Shown here one piece after another: positions 63,353-64,000 of a stretch of DNA of 64,000 bases (positions within the stretch are counted from its first letter, which is position 1; each line of letters opens with the position of its first letter). The DNA is from Candidatus Hydrogenedentota bacterium (GTDB lineage Bacteria > Hydrogenedentota > Hydrogenedentia > Hydrogenedentales > SLHB01), in assembly GCA_963668025.2 (NCBI GenBank), contig CAXXTH010000018.1:480001-544000 (forward strand), read 5' to 3'. Position numbers and translations under genes: made by a program. Under the pieces are notes generated by a model, which worked only from the letters and a program-made list of their open reading frames with translations, did no database searches and was not told the DNA's origin.

Positions 63353-63394
63353 CCTTCCATATGCGTGGCCATCACTTATACAAAACCGCGTCCG

Positions 63395-64000
63395 TTACTC
63401 ATCACCGTACTCCTCCAGCGCCTTCAGCAAGCGTTCCGCCTCCAGCTCGAGCCGCGGCAAGGAGTCACGTACTTGAGAGATGCCGCCCTGTATGGCCATC
63501 TGCTCCATCTCCGCCGCTATGGCTTGCAAGCGCGCACCGCCGGCGGTTCCGGCGGCGCCTTTGATGGCATGAGCCTGAAACTCGGCCTGGCGGGTATTTC
63601 CATCCATGATCGCTTGCCGCAATAAGGATAACAGCCGGGGCAAATCCGCACGGAACCGTTTGGCGACAAGCGTCATAAACTGGGGATCGCCTAGCATCCG
63701 CTTTTTAAAATCATCGCGATCAAATACTAGCGCCTCCCCTTGTGTTTCCGTTTCGCATCCAGTTTGGATTTCCATCGCAGGCTTTTCGGAAAAGCCGCGT
63801 TTGTGAATCCATCGATCAAGCACTACCGCAAGCTCATCCGGCCGGACCGGTTTGGAAATATAGTCATTCATGCCGGCTTGGATGCATTTTTCCCGATCCC
63901 CTTTCATGGCATGCGCAGTCATGGCGATGATAGGAATATCCGGATTTGCGCCTTTCGCAAGCCCTTGGCGAATGCACCGAGTCGCTTCAAAACCATCCAT
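63395..64000 (-). CDS. C-terminal REC + Hpt part of a hybrid sensor kinase (5' end beyond window)
   Basis: [21 protein letters not shown] and AHAIKGAAG motifs. Confidence 0.88.
   Translation of the reverse strand: MDGFEATRCIRQGLAKGANPDIPIIAMTAHAMKGDREKCIQAGMNDYISKPVRPDELAVVLDRWIHKRGFSEKPAMEIQTGCETETQGEALVFDRDDFKKRMLGDPQFMTLVAKRFRADLPRLLSLLRQAIMDGNTRQAEFQAHAIKGAAGTAGGARLQAIAAEMEQMAIQGGISQVRDSLPRLELEAERLLKALEEYGDE

Overview
GC-rich bacterial window. The style of the DUF1559 pilin-like paralogs and the C-terminally anchored surface proteins suggests Candidatus Hydrogenedentes or a PVC-like lineage (inference, not verified). Three carbohydrate-utilisation loci dominate. (1) A GntR-LacI regulator, a DUF1559 prepilin-like gene, a sugar ABC transporter and two GxGYxYP putative glycoside hydrolases (1.8-11.3 kb). 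(2) A divergon of GntR-LacI plus GH38 versus two URO-D-fold proteins, a surface beta-propeller and two more GxGYxYP proteins (26-40.5 kb). (3) An SSS transporter, aldolase, DeoR, PfkB kinase and uronate-isomerase-like gene, followed by DUF1559, a beta-helix-PASTA surface protein, GH31 and a third URO-D-fold protein (46-61 kb). Between them lie a complete chemosensory cluster (cheA-cheW-mcp-cheB-cheR-cheY-HDOD), a marR-aas-esterase operon, four IS elements or remnants, and a GTAG-type REP family. No rRNA, tRNA or CRISPR array was seen. The best candidates for novel biology are glycan loci headed by pilin-like DUF1559 genes rather than SusC/D, a shared LP[AL]-TM-RR sorting tail, a duplicated propeller module, URO-D-fold enzymes without corrinoid partners, and a sulfo-EMP-like catabolic cassette. 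Five single-base homopolymer expansions split four genes and are probably sequencing errors.
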